Shown: one piece after another, positions 14,601 to 27,361 of the stretch
How the letters are laid out: each line of letters begins with the position of its first letter
Position numbering within the stretch: the stretch's first letter is position 1
NCBI GenBank assembly: GCA_036172245.1
Contig: JAYWIR010000003.1
Span: 496,001 to 560,000, forward strand
DNA: 64,000 nucleotides
Direction of reading: 5' to 3'
Origin: Raillietiella orientalis
Lineage: Eukaryota
Program-made: the position numbers and the translations under genes
The notes under the pieces: generated by a model
The model's database searches: none
What the model was told of the DNA's origin: nothing
What the model saw: only the letters and a program-made list of their open reading frames with translations

Positions 14601-15073
14601 ATGCAGCAATAGTTCTGTGCGTCGTGATCTCGTACTACAGTGTGGCGAAGAGGAGCGCAAAATACTGCAGTTGCAGTACACGTCCTGGCCCGACCACGGA
14701 GTGCCAGAGGACTCCGTGGAATTCATGGACTTTGTACGCCACGTTAGAGAGCGCAGGCGGTGCGATGACGGGCCGATTATTGTCCACTGTTCAGCTGGCA
14801 TAGGCCGTACGGGAGTCTTGATGCTTATGGAAACTTCTTTCGCGCTCATGGAATCTGGGCAGCCAGTATATCCGCTGCAGATATTGAAAACCATGCGAGA
14901 CCAACGTGCAATGATGATCCAGAATTCTGTGAGTGAACACGAGTTACATGTTATATAAGCCAGTATGACTTCATTTTTAGAGTCAATATCAATTTGTCTG
15001 TGATGCTATCCAGCGCTTCTATCAGACTTCGTTCGCAAATGATTCTGAAGTCTATTGTGATCTCCGTAATTAA
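4065..15073 (+). CDS. PTPN4: FERM-PDZ non-receptor protein tyrosine phosphatase (PTPN3/PTPN4, ptp-1/Ptpmeg family), 13 coding exons, ~873 aa
   Basis: In-frame GT-AG exon chain: 4065-4211, 4306-4440, 4488-4533, 4718-4891, 5942-6059, 8295-8535, 10151-10380, 12055-12277, 12324-12657, 12711-12968, 14257-14373, 14423-14928, 14981-15073 (TAA). FERM motifs [55 protein letters not shown] loop [13 protein letters not shown] motifs [54 protein letters not shown]. An extra small linker exon within 10381-12054 cannot be excluded, and PTPN3 versus PTPN4 cannot be distinguished (probably a single co-ortholog). Confidence 0.93.
5851..5920. repeat. Dispersed ~70-bp repeat, copy 2 (PTP intron 4)
   Basis: aaatatcttgtgcgcttatcattctcatatctt...ctttcttacaagtttggacttat; direct, diverged copy of 3088-3157. 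Confidence 0.75.
6850..7420 (+). mobile_element. Possible decayed 3' end of a non-LTR retrotransposon in PTP intron 5
   Basis: GC rises relative to the flanking intron; frameshifted remnants resemble a C-terminal zinc-finger region (..C..SYHLLHV..W). Boundaries approximate. Confidence 0.25.
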
Positions 15074-15108
15074 TTGAGAATTCGCAGGCGGGGACTGGTG
15101 CTAAAACA

Positions 15109-15114
15109 AATAAA
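15109..15114 (+). promoter_or_regulatory. Probable polyadenylation signal of the PTP gene
   Basis: AATAAA 36 nt after the stop codon, followed by T-rich sequence. Confidence 0.5.
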
Positions 15115-15864
15115 ATTTTGGCTAAATTTTTGAAAGTCTTCATGTGATTCGACTGGTGGGGGGCCTACGTAGTAATCTCTCTGCTGCCCATCCGGAAACG
15201 CGTAGCGAAAACGCATTTCCGTACCAGCTGACCTATTTAGGTTGGAGATCTGTCTGGGTCGTCAGGTTGATTCTTCGTTCGGGTGGTATGTTTTAAATAT
15301 GACTGAAGAAGATCGACATGACCCAGCTGCTGGTTTGGCTCGACTGTGTTTAGCAGCCGTTCTGCATCTGGCACTTTTCAGCAATGCGGAACACCATTCT
15401 GAGAGCAGTGCGAATTCCCGATTCTTCTGACAGAATCGTCAGAATCCATGGGTGCCTTCGAGTGCACTGAGTCGACCTCGGAACCCCGTAGGTTTGCCAA
15501 GCCATCTTTCCACGTACAATCGAGTTCCTTTAAAGCGCAGGTGGAGCTCACAGAGTTTATTTCGGAAAATGCGGCATTTTTCCGGGGGGGGGAGAAAAAA
15601 AAAATCACCTGCTAAATAAGTATACTGCCGTGATACTCTTTTGGTAGCGTGTCAGGTGTTCAGCCCGCCCGACGGTCATCACATCAGGAAGTCGTCATCC
15701 GATCGGGTTTGCATCAAGAGACTCGCTGTTTCAGTCTCGTGAACGATGCGATGTGAGCAACTATTTCGAACTTTCGGATTCCTTCATCGAAAGTTCCAAG
15801 ATCTCCAAATGTTCATCGCTCAAAAAAAAAAAAAAAAAAAAAAACGTTGATGATACTTCTTACA

Positions 15865-16460
15865 CTATTAAGAGACCAACAAACTTTCCGGGAGCATCGG
15901 GATGGAACGCCAACCGCAATTCGTGATGGAATAGCTTCGTAACCATCTTAATCTCAGCAGGCTCTGACTTGTGCTTTCGCTTTTTAGAGGCAGCCCGAAA
16001 AACCTTAGAAAGGCAGGATGTGAAAGAAACTGAGTGTTTCGCACTTTTGTCTGAGTTGGACTTTCTTGCAGATCGAGAATTACGTTTCGCATGTAGCAAG
16101 GCAAACTGCAGACGGTGGCGACGAGTGTTTTCACCGGATCCTCAAATTCCGGACTCAGCTGTGTGTGTGCTTGCTTGGTAGCTTCTACCAGAAAACTCAA
16201 AGCCAGAAGAACAAGGAGAGCTGCTTCGTTTAATTCCTCCGAAAGCGGGGGAAAAAACATTGGTGCCATCAGCGCTGTCAGTTAGGAGTATCCAAAGTGA
16301 AATGGAGCAACGTTATGATTTAGCTTATGGTTTTGTATCCGGCGAGGGCAGCTTGACTGTGCAGGTTCGGAATTCAGAGAATCTTCAACAGGATGCGAGA
16401 TTAAAATCATCCCTGTAGGAGGGAGGTGCCCTCGAATGGCGAAGGATCGCGTCACTGGAG
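15865..16460 (+). mobile_element. Decayed non-LTR reverse transcriptase fragment
   Basis: Broken frames read RPTNF...ANR...LISAGSDLCF...ECFALLSELDFLAD, resembling the RPISLL..ANRL..LI..DQT.F / ALLSLDFEKAFD stretch of L1/Tx1 RT. Boundaries approximate. Confidence 0.35.
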
Positions 16461-16649
16461 GAGGAGCTCACGTTGTTGGAACGTGTCGTGATCCCTGGTC
16501 AGACAGGGAGTATCCAGTGGAAAATTTTTTTTTCTTTCTTTCTTTCTTTCTCTTTGAGAAATTGACAAATGCAAAGTATGGAGATTTTTGAAGTGCGGAT
16601 TTCGTGCTGAGTTTTCTCACACATATTGTGTACCTTGGCTGTTTATAAG

Positions 16650-18240
16650 CCAATAAAGTAAGTAGTATTCCATGTTACCCAGAATGCTAAATACGGTCCC
16701 TTCTGTGAATATTCTTATCGAGGATATGAGCACGAGGGAAGTAAGTATTCCTGCGAATTACGCCTATCTGCATTGGCCTGGGTATACCTCCTGATTCACT
16801 TTAGAGGAACGCGCTCAGGTAAAGTGTAGTTGAGGCCCTAGAACTGGTGAAAAGTTTAGGCAGGTGCTCCTTTCCGAAACGAAATACCATTTGAGGTTAC
16901 ATGGTTGAAATTGTTTCGAAAATTTTTGCAAGAGAATTGCAAGCGCAGGTATCCATTGCACTTCGTGTCCTCGTTAGCCACCGAGTTCACATGATGGACC
17001 AACTCAAGTCATTTGACTTGAGGTGGTTTGATGGTGCTCTTTGGAAACTGCAACAGATGCAGCCAAATCCTCAGCTGGCGAAAGATGGCCTTGCGCCGCG
17101 GAACTTCAGTCACTAGCTACCAATGCCAGACTTGCGAGATGAAGCTTCGAACTCGCTCTAATTCGGTTGCTTTTTGTGTTTCAGAGACAGGGATGGGACG
17201 TGACTTTTTAGTGGCACTGGGGATCAACAGAACGCAGAGTGTGGTTAGCGAAATTCCGTCTTGGAAGACCTCAAGTACCCGACGATCAGGTGTTTGGAGT
17301 CCTAATATAAGGTCCTCGGAGGTTAAAGTGATTCCGGAGTTCAGTGAGAAGATAGGTGAGCCCGTGTACGATCTCCTGCATTGCACAGATTTGCATTTGT
17401 TTCTGGTTTTCAATTTATGACAGTTCGTTGTTTGTGTACATCAAGCTATTCTACACCCGAAAATGTAAAAATGTAGATCGAATCACGCGTTTGCCATGAT
17501 TTTCATGCGTTAAAGATGTACGCTCCTGAAATCTTGTGCGTGTCCGTGCTCAAACAAGCAACCACTTCGTCCAAAAGTGCACACGAAGACTTGTTGAACA
17601 TTTCAGCGAACCTGGAGTGAATGTCTGTGCTTTCCTCTCCGTGCACCATGAGAAGAGAAATGAAGCTCTGTGGAAAAAAGTCCTCTTCATGCATCCATTT
17701 CCGTGATGAATGCGAACTAACTTGTTCAATGTTTGCCAAAGCAATGGCCTGATGAATTCCTGCTGCCGGCTTTCAAGGAGGCGGAAGACCAGACGACTCG
17801 CGAAGTATGTAGCCAATCGAGCAGTGGACCAATGGTGGAGTGGTTCTTTGACACACTTTGCAGCACGTATACTTCTTCTTCTTGGATATGCGGGAGGCTA
17901 GGCCTCCAAGGTATCAACTGGGTCTCAGGGCATTATGTACTGTTTCTTTCCGTTCAGTTTTCCAGTCCCAGTGGTATTTCTTGAGTCTGTTAGTCGTCTT
18001 CCACCCGGATAGCCGCCAATTGCTTTCAAGGACAGGCCACGCGGATGTTTTCTTGCCCAAGTCTCACGATTCTGGGCCGTTAGTGGGGTGTGCGCAATTG
18101 TTTTTGCAAGGGCATGACCTTCGGGTCTTTACCAATGATGAGGGGGCTTTCGCGACAGCCCCTTCAGAGGAATCTCATCACCAATTATGCTTGCATGTCA
18201 TCAACTCCGCAATAGTTTGGAGTAGAGGCATCACCAAATG
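16650..18240 (-). mobile_element. Decayed non-LTR retrotransposon fragments (RT N-terminal part and zinc-finger remnant)
   Basis: Minus-strand peptides ITLTSEDLILGL..FQDGISL (cf. IT.EE...AI..KAPGPDGI) and VLQSVSKNHSTIGPLLDWLHTSRVVW (cf. C..C...ETI.HLL..C...VW); many stops and frameshifts. Confidence 0.35.
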
Positions 18241-18379
18241 CTAGGAAGCCCACTACTCTGTTCGTTCCTTCTTCTAAAGGGCGACGAGAAGAGTCCCAGA
18301 AGAGTTCGTGCTCTTTATTTCAGAGTTCGTTTTCGTTGTGTTTCTGTTGACTTTTTTCATGAGCCTGGTGTTTTCTACT

Positions 18380-20200
18380 GCCCAATAGTTTTTGTGCATT
18401 GGAGAACAAGCGGTGCCGCTAGCCGTTCACATGACTCTCCAATGCTTTCTCTGGTACAGCAGCCTTCACCATGTTCACGGACACGCTCGGAGCTCACCGC
18501 TCTCCAAAGAGCAGAAAGAAAGAGCAGAATCTAAGAGCAGCTTCCGGAAAAAGACAGTACCTCACGCCAGCTATAGGATGCGTCCCGAGTCCATCCCCTA
18601 GAGGCAGTTTGTGGAGTCGCGTGCGCAGCAAATAAGGGGGTGCCATTTGCTGTTCCTTGCCGTTCCAAGATCGGATCGGGAGGAGTCACGAGAGGCTGCT
18701 GCTGGATGCAGTGTCTCACTGTCGTACCGTCTTTCACAGACTACTCTTCTGCTCCATTTCCTCTTCCTTACTGGACGTTTCAGGTAGCACAGGTGTCTAG
18801 CTTCAGTTTCAGGGAGAGATCCTCTTTCCCGTTCATGTCGTGCCGCCATCGGGTGTCTTCCCGACTCCCAGCGAACACAATGGAGAACTTCGTTTTGAAA
18901 CAGCCAAGGATGGACGTCGAAGGCAACGGGAACGAAAAAAAAGAAGGGAAGAAAGAAAGCGTAACGAAGCACCCGAATGAAAATGAAAGCTGGGAGCAAA
19001 GAAGGAAAGAGAAAAAACGCCAAGCTCGACAAAGGCGCGCTCACTTTTCAGGCGGAGGCTCGACTCTTCATCCGACAAGCGATTGAGAAAAATAGAGTGG
19101 TAGATACGATGAGAAAAAGAAGAAGGACGGCATTCGAGGTCTGGCAAGGATCTCGGGCAGTCAGATTTCGGGAAGATGGCCCGACGAGGACCAGGTCATC
19201 TTTGAAGCGTCTGCCTCCGAACAGACCAGGGAGTTCGCTTTGATTTGTGCACGCTGATGAGACGAGAGATGCCTTTTCCTGTCAACGCTGCTATTCCACA
19301 AGCTACCTTCCTTGAAAGGTACCATCTTTCCTCTCTCGTGAGAAGAGCACGTAGGTCTCAAGAGCTACTACCAGGAAGCATGGGAAGTACCAAGGTCAAT
19401 TTCTCGTTTGCAGCCGTGGCGACACGGATTTGGAGCGAGCAAGTTTCCTTCCGCAAGAGCCGCACTTCTGCGGGGATGAAGGGTTGCAGTGCTCTCAGAA
19501 AAAGAGGGTCCGTGAGTTCCTGGTGGAATTTTCGGTCTTCAGAGACGTACAGAGTTTCGGAAGGTCGTTCAGAGTAACTGGCAGTACTGACCGGATGCAA
19601 GGGACCGCACACTCATGCTATCTCGATGAACGCTTCTTCCCTGAAAAAGTCAGTGGACTTCCACAACTTATTTGTATTGAAAGGCTCGTTTGGTCGTCCT
19701 TCCTGCCCGCTCCAAGGGGCGGTCCGTGTGCGTCACTAGCGAGGTGCCATGCATCCGTCGTCTTCGCTCATCTGCTATCATCAGCTGGTGACGGAAGCAG
19801 AGCAGCACTTGGGACGGATTCGTGGAGGGAGAAGTGCATCTGGCGCCAATCCCTCGTACTTTGCGTTGTCTAATATCCGCTTGAATTCGGAGAGCAGCCG
19901 GCCACTGTCCAGAAGTTGACTTGGGAAGGTGGCACATCCATAATGGCTGTCTTTAAGGATCTGCGAAACTACGCGTGCTGAGCCTGGAATCTCCGGCAAC
20001 CGAACGGAAGGAAAGCTAGTTTCGGGCCCACTTGGTTGCAACGGACGCTCCCGGAAACAGAGCACAAGGAAAATTCGCCTTCCAAAGGAATGACTTTTCT
20101 CCAGGGGCAGTAACGCATCCTTCGGGATCATCAGAAGACTCGAAGAAAAGCGTTAAAAGTACCGCGCTCCCCTCAAGACGAGTGAGGATGCTGCTGCCTT
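18380..20200 (-). mobile_element. Decayed L1/Tx1-like ORF2 (RT core to C-terminal zinc finger)
   Basis: Collinear remnants on the minus strand: ILKDSHYGCATFPSQLL..RILDNAKYEG (RGVRQGCPLSP region), then ANEKLTLVLPML.., then VVCERRYDSETLH (zinc-finger like). Lies between the converging PTP and NADK 3' ends. Confidence 0.45.
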
Positions 20201-20703
20201 TCCCTGTTCTTTCTCTTCCTGATTTCTCCTTTATCATAGCTGAGATGGCGTGTGGGAAGTGTGTGTTCGCGTGTCTGGGTCGACATGCTTGTTCGCCCCT
20301 TCCCCACCGCTCCGTGAAAGATCACGTCCCTCAGGGCTCACGGAAGGAGAAACACCCACTTTTTTTTTTTCCTTTTCCGCACCTTTTCCCTTTTCTTTTT
20401 ATTGTTTCACGGTTGCTCCAAGCGATTGCGTGATGGCCACCGGCAACACCGTCTCGTCTCCAGGTGGAACGCCTCCTCTCCTTCTCTCAGCGTTCTGAGA
20501 TCGTAAGAGAGCGACGCGGAAGGAAAGTGCTACTCTTCCAGGATCATGGGGGAGAAGAGGCGACCCTGAATCGGGACAGGAGTGGGCAGAGGACGGGGGA
20601 AGAAGAGGAGAGTATACTTCTTGGATATGCGGAAGAAGAAGAGAGTGAACTCTCTGGGTCAGAAGTATCCCCAGATATCAGATGAAGTCCTTCTTCATCT
20701 GTC

Positions 20704-23700
20704 CTACGCTGCGGACGGATGCTTCTGGAAGCTGTTTGTGCAAGCACGAGGCTCGCTGTCATAACCGTCGCTGCAAGAGTCGCTCTTGCTGCCACTCGGT
20801 TTCCCGCCCGGGGCAGTAAGCTCATGTACCGGAGCAGACGCCGCCACGCCGTAGCGCAGCGCCTCCTCTGCCTGGATGCCGCCCTCTTTGAACTCCTCAA
20901 AGTGCTTCTGCCTTTTGCGGACGTTCCAGTGCAAGCACTCGGCTAGAGAGTCGAACCAGTCAGCGATCTGGTCCTGGGCACAGATGGAGGGCACCGGGTA
21001 GATGGACGTCGTGACGGAGAGGCTGAGGAAAAGCGGCGCTAGTTGCGAGGAGGAGGAGGAGGAGGAGGAGGAGGAAGGATCTCAGCATCAGCAGCGGCAG
21101 GATAAGAAGACAAGATAATAGTAGAAAAATGGGAAGAAGACGGAACCGAGAAGGCAGGAACAGAGCCACGTCTTCAAGGAGCCTTCCTGCTTCGCTCCAG
21201 GGGGACAGTGAGTCCTCATTAGAGCAATCTCCCTGTTCGCTCTTTGGTAACTATGAATCAAGGCAGTGGAAGACGACTCGGGTGCTACATAGGTCATAGT
21301 GGGAGTTGCCCGCCATTGCCCAGCGGGCAGCTCGCATCCGAAGGAGACACAAGAGGAAGCAGGACATCGAAAATGCTTCCTGTGTTGGTCTCCACCTTTT
21401 CCTCCCTCCATTCAACGGAAAGAAGAGTTGCAGCAAAAAGGAAGGTGGAGTCTTCCAGACAGCCAAACCCCCTCTCCAGAAAGGAGCGTGAGAATTCTCT
21501 CAGGAGGGGGGAGAGGAAGAGGGAGAAGAGAAGGAGAGTGTTCTCGTACCTGTCCCTCGAAGTGAGTTCCTTCTGGTGCCTTCCATCGAACGAGACCCAC
21601 GTGCTGTTCCTTGCGTCCGGACTGACTCTGACCTGGAAAGAAAAGTCTTCAGAACGTGCTATGTCGTACCTAAGGGAGGCGCAGTAAGAACAAGAGCTGA
21701 CTTTCTCGAGTGAGGAGAGATCCTTCCTTGCGATGCAAGGCTCTCCCAGAGTCTCGACCGAACCCCCTGCATCCCATCCTGCTACACTTCGAGACCCGGA
21801 GTCGATTGGCGCTGTTTTCCCGGCTCCCGTTCCCTCATGTCTCTTCTGTCTCGGTTCATTCTCGCTTTCCAGCTTCCTTCTCTTCCATAGAGGCGACACT
21901 GCTATCTGTATCTCTCCGGAGCCAATTCCTCCTCTCCCTTCTCCCTCAGCGTCCCTTTCGCCATTCCAGGGACGAAATGGAACGCACGCCTGCCACAGTG
22001 GACGCTGCATCCCTTCCCCTGTTGTTCCTGCCTCCCGCGCCTCCTCATCCTTTGTCTACTTCCGTAGGGAACCCATAGCTCTAGAGTACATGCTGTCCTC
22101 GTGGATAGTGAATCATCCATGAGGTGCGAAAGAAACGAAGGGGTTGCCCCTCCCCCTTTCCTTTGCCTTAGACTCTGCATTGGACTTGGTTGTCCCTTTG
22201 ATTCCCGGCACATGCAACAGTAACGTCCGGGTGACCACAGTGGGTTCGAGGAAGTTCAAGACTTTTTCGAGAACGGGGAGAAGTAGGAGAGCTGCAAGCC
22301 ACTGGGAGTGGCAGGTGGACAAGCACCTTTCTGGTGGGAGGAATAAGGGAACTACTGGAGGAAAAGAGCAGACCTATCTTCTCTTGAAATTCGGGGACTC
22401 CCATCTTCCAACCGGTGCTCAAGGGAACTCGTCGCTCATTCCTCCTTCCCTTCATCCTCCCTCGGCTCGCCGGATCAGAAATTCAGGGACATCTGGACGC
22501 ATGGTTGAGTAACACCAGGAAACTCGTTCGCGCTCGTGGCCCCTGACCCGTTCCCCACCGCTTGGGGTTGGACTCCGAGCGTGACTATCCCTTTCGCCAT
22601 CCCCGCGTCTCCCATTACTCGTTTAGCTTCTGGGCAGTGCTGTTCGAGATTGGGTGGGATCGTTGGATACGAGGAAGGGACGTCGCTCCCTGATCGCGAG
22701 CAGCTGCGCCCTGGAAGCCCTTGGAGGCTTCCAGGGAGCAGCAATTCCTCCCTCCCTGCGGGATTTCGCTCTTCCTGTTTTTTTTTTCTTTTCTCTCGTT
22801 CCCTTTCGGCTTCCTGGCAGGCTCGGTTCGTCGTCCGCTCGTGCGCAAAGGTTCCCCTTCTCTTCGCATCCCGCTCCTCGCATCCCGGTCTTACTGGCAG
22901 GTCCCGGAGGGTCTCTGCGATCAAGGCGCCACCGCTCTCCCTTCGGCGGAAACTGAGTTCTTTTCGAGGGACGGCTCCTCGGTGGCAGTTCCTGTCCTCT
23001 GGGAATACGAGGCACCGTCCTCGACATGGTCGGCGTTGCCACGATAGCGTCTCTTCTCCTGTTGCTGGATCCCCAGGTCGGCGAAATTTCCTTCCCTCCT
23101 CGTTCCTCATCCACGCTCTCTCCATGAGCCCACTGCTCGACCCGCTTCCCGAAAGCAGGGGGGGGGGGGGGCTGTAAGGATGCCGTAGTTTCTAAGGGAG
23201 AAGTCCCCTCTCTCTCTACGAAAGAATTCTCCAAGGAGGTTTACGGATCTTTCGGGAATACTAGCAGCGGGGATGCCCGAGGTGGGGACCATCTGTCCTC
23301 TCCCCACCCTCCCCCCTTCCTGTTTTGACTGCCGTCTGCATTCCCGGGGGCAAAGCAGGACGAGTGGGGGGACTTAGTCGGAACCGAGGGGCATTTCCCA
23401 GAACCCTCGGTACAAAAAAGAGCATCCCTTCTCGTGCGCAACCGTAATTCCCTCTCTTCCCGGAGCATCCCGCGGGACGGGGAGGGGGGGGGGACGAAAG
23501 CAAGCACGGCGTCCTCCTCCCCCGAGTAGGGATGCATCCCTCATCTCTCCAGTAGAATTGCGATGGAGCGCCCTGGCAATCCGCCTCGAGATTCTCTCCC
23601 CGATTTTTTCCCCTTTTCTTCATCGCGGTCCTGATTTCGCTCCCGTCCTCCCCCGATACCGTGAGTTCGATCCCTGCAGGAACGACGATGGGCCTGAAGG

Positions 23701-26700
23701 ACAGAGAGTGCGGGCAGATGGGCGTCACCATGATGGCCGGGACGCTGGGGTGGATCATGGAGGCTCCTGCAGCGACTGCGTAAGCGGTGCTCCCAGTGGG
23801 AGTGGAGATTATGAGTCCTGCAACGCGCGCGGAAGGAGGACCTCCTTCCATCCCCCTTTTTTTTCTCCTCCCTCCCTGCTCCCTCGTTTCCCTCCTCCCT
23901 TCGATACCGTCTCCTTGCACGGATGTGACGAATTTTCCGTCCAGGAAGAGGTCGACGTTGCAGATGTACGGCGAGGGTCCGCGGTCGATGACGGCCTCGT
24001 TTAGCACCAGGAACTTCCGGTTGTACTGCTGCTTGCCCGCGGCACTCCCATCCTCCGCCGCCTTGGCGATAACGCAGTTGAGGCGGCTGCGCAGGGTCAG
24101 CGCCGCGTGTCCTGAGGGACAGACGTCAGCCTGGAAGAAGCAGGAGGGCGCGCGAGGGAGAGGGAGAGGCGAAGTCGGAGGAGGAAGGGAGAGGAGGGGA
24201 CGGGCCGAGGGCGCGAGGGGGGCCGAACAGGAAGGGATACCGTGCCTTGCAGGACGTGGTTGATCTTCTTCTGAAAGTCGTCGAACTCGAAAGGCGTCAG
24301 GAAGCCGAGCGACCCCAGGTGGAAAGCCATCACGGGAGGAACCGTCTTCTGCGAGGAGGCCCGCTGGGGTGAGAAGGGAGGGGGCTCGCGCTCCGCCGCT
24401 TACCTGGAACAGGGAGCTGGCGTACAGTAGGGTTCCGTCGCCCCCCAGGCAGATGATGAAGTCGATGAGGTCGGAGATGTTGTCCTTGTGTTCCTTGAAG
24501 GTTGCCAGGCACGACCGGATACCGGAGAACATCCCGTTCTTCTCGAGGAAGGGGTCCTCCAGCACAGACTGCTCCACATAGACAACCATCTTCTTCTTCT
24601 GCAAGAGCCGCGAGAGCGGTCTTCGTCGGCTTTGGTCACGCCCCACTCCCACCTCTCCGCGTCCCCATTTGCTCTCTCCCCCCATCCTCCGTTTCCACTT
24701 CCCTTCCCTGCACGACCCTCCTGGAGGAAAAGTGAATTTTTCAGCCTCTCCTACTTCCTCGCCAAGTAGGGAGTTCCTCCTCTCCTTCCTCCCAGGCTCA
24801 CTCCCGAGAGACGGCATCCGGGAGCAGGCGTCGCGCAGCCGCTGTGCACGAAAATGGGGACTCAACAGCGAGGTGGAAGGAGGAAGAAAGATCAAGGAAA
24901 CGAGAAGAAGGAGGAAGGAGGACAGGAAGATGAGAGGAGAAGGAGGGCGACAGAAGTTGGATGAAGGAGCTCCCTCGTCCTGACTCTTCGCTCACCTCTT
25001 TCCCGGTTCCCTCTTCGAGTGAAAGGAACACTGTTCCCTCAATCGGGTAGATGCCCTCAGGGAAAGCAGAGGGTCGGTGCGGGAGAGGAGATCAGGATCC
25101 CGTTTCTCGGAACCTCAGCACGGAGGATGCTGATTCTCCTGGTCCAAATGTGCTCGCCGCCATCACCAACAGCAGTAACAATGTGAAAAACGCGAGGGAA
25201 GAAGGTGGGACCGCTTGGCCGCATGGTTGGGACGCAAGGAAGGGGAGGATGAAGGTGGAGGGTGGAGGGGAGTCCCAGTTTCGAGCTGTGCATACTGCCA
25301 GAAGCGCCCGGTTCCCGCCCACCGTAACGAGAGGAAGAGGAATGGGGGACCACGAGAGGAAGGCGGCCCCGGGGGAAAGGAAATTTGATCAGAAAGGATG
25401 AGAGCGTCCTGAGTGATCACCTCCCCATGTCTTCTCTCTCTCCTCCCTTAACTGGGGATCCTTCCCCGCAATCTCTGCAGGGTCGCTGAGGAGCAGCAGC
25501 GCCTCAGCGACCTCCTCCCCCCTTCCCCCAGGAGGTATTCCCGCCCTTGAGTAGGTTCCGTGCCCGCCGGCGAAAGCGCACTCGCGGGAGAAGGGAAGTA
25601 AGGGAGGGCGATAGGGAACCGCCGGAAGGTGTCCGACGGGCATGGACAGAGGAGTGATGTGGGTGTTTTTCTCTTCCTCCCCTTCCCTCCCCCCTCCTCT
25701 TGGGATCTTTATGGCGAGGAGCACACCGCGGGGTTTGGCGTCGAAGGTAGACCCGGGAGCGCCTCCAATTTTTCCTGGAAGATTTGTTGCACGGGGACAG
25801 CATGGGGAAGTGGGGGGGGAGATAGAAGGGGAAGTCAACCGTTCTGGGTTTATTTCGAGCACCCCTCCCTTGTTTCCGTCCAGACCTCCCGTCCGCCTCA
25901 GGAGGGGTCAGGGGGTGGGGGAAGAGGTGAGGATCTGCTTGCCGCCGCGCCCGCCTGCCTTCCCGAGTCCACGGGGAGGTGTTCCTATCCGGGGGAGGAG
26001 GGTCTCTCGTCGAGCCCCTTCCCCCCCTTCCCCTCCCCTTCCCCCCCCACCTGGATGTCTCCCGGGGGATCCTCCTCCTGCGAGGGGCGGCGGACATTAC
26101 CGTCGTCAGCCACCGGACGAGCTTCAGGAACGGTTCGACCACGCTCGTGTCGCGGACCTTCTTGATGACCAGCACCGTCATGGGCTGCTTGAACCACTTC
26201 AGCCTCTGGGAGGCCGGGTCCTCGATGGTCCTTCAAAGAGACACGCCCGTGAGACCCCCCGCGCGGGGGCGCGCGTGCGGCCGTTACATGAACGTGCTGG
26301 CGCTGCTGAACACGGTGCCACAGGGACCGAACGTTTTGATCGGCGCAGGGGCGTTCAGGGAGCGAGCCCTCCTGAAAAAAAGAAGGAAAGAAAAACCTGG
26401 ATCAGCGAGGGGGGAGGGAAGAGAGGGAGGGGGAAGGGAAGGGAGGCGATGGCCGCGGTGGTCCCTTCGCTGCGCAATCGCTGCCAAAGACCCTCCCCTC
26501 CGCCCTTCCAAGCGCAGCGCCGACCCGCAGGCTACACTTCCCCTCCTTCTCCTCTCCCCTCCTCGGGGCCCGCTCCCACGGGTGAGGAGGAACCGACTCT
26601 CTCCCTGAAGCCCGCCGCCGGCCAGAAAGGAACGCCCCCTCCCTCCCTCCGTGGCCGAGGGGTCCGAAAGGCGGGAAGAGGATGGAGGAAGGGAGCGAAA

Positions 26701-27361
26701 CCTCTGTTCCTGGTCGGCTGGCATCCTCCTCTACACCCCTCCCCTCACCCCCCCCCCTCTCCTTTCCCACGGCGACGGGGAGGAGAGCTCCGTGCTGATG
26801 GGGGATGGCGCGAGCTGAAGAGGAGGGAGAGAATCGGGAGGGCGGGACTCCATGACGCAGCACACGTGCACTCGAGCGCGGACACCCTATCCCTGCTCCA
26901 GAGCATAGGGAGAGAGGAGGGGCACCCTCGTATCGTGCGGACACGGTTGCGCGAGCTCACGTCAGGTGTCGCCTCCTTCTCCCTCCGCGACAACAACAGC
27001 AACCTCAACAACAACGACAACTCTCCCCCCTTCTTTCTCTGGAGCGAGCCGTCCCTCCGGGGGAGCGAGGAGGAAGTGCGCGGGGAAAAGGCGTGCTTGC
27101 CTGCCGTGGGGAGAGGGGAGGGAGCGGAGGCGCTCTCCAGGTCCCGGGGGCGCGGCAGCAGGCGGGAGGAAGGACTTACGGCCACGTCCCTGCCCACTCA
27201 TTCTGGACTCCTGGAGCGGCCGGTGGGCAGCGTGAGCTCCTGGCCGGCTTCCGTCGGTGGAGCGGCGGCGGCGGCTGTTGCGGCTGCGGCGCGCGCCGCG
27301 AGGCCTCTCTGCCCGCACCAGAACAGTCGGGGTCGGAATTTCTCTTCAACAGCAGCACCAT
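20704..27361 (-). CDS. NADK: NAD kinase (cytosolic NADK type), 9 coding exons, ~485 aa
   Basis: Exons (minus): 27361-27180 (putative first exon; GCCATGG context, GTAAGT donor, phase matches), 26371-26288, 26230-26101, 24598-24404, 24348-24246 (or -24241), 24111 (or 24130)-23908, 23817-23660, 21632-21550, 21022-20704. Motifs: [139 protein letters not shown]. Confidence 0.93.
21047..21073. repeat. (GAG)n microsatellite; on the minus strand it forms the pyrimidine tract of NADK's last intron
   Basis: About nine GAG units read directly, about 25 nt from the acceptor at 21023-21024. Confidence 0.8.

Noticed and set aside
16650..20200. Endogenous viral element between PTP and NADK
   Set aside because: No RdRp, capsid or glycoprotein motifs recognised; the remnants fit LINE ORF2 order better.
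23261..24895. 544-aa single-exon or bacterial-type (horizontally acquired) NAD kinase
   Set aside because: The ORF reads through introns: the conserved blocks are bounded by splice sites, one exon is in another frame, and the spliced product closely resembles animal NADK.
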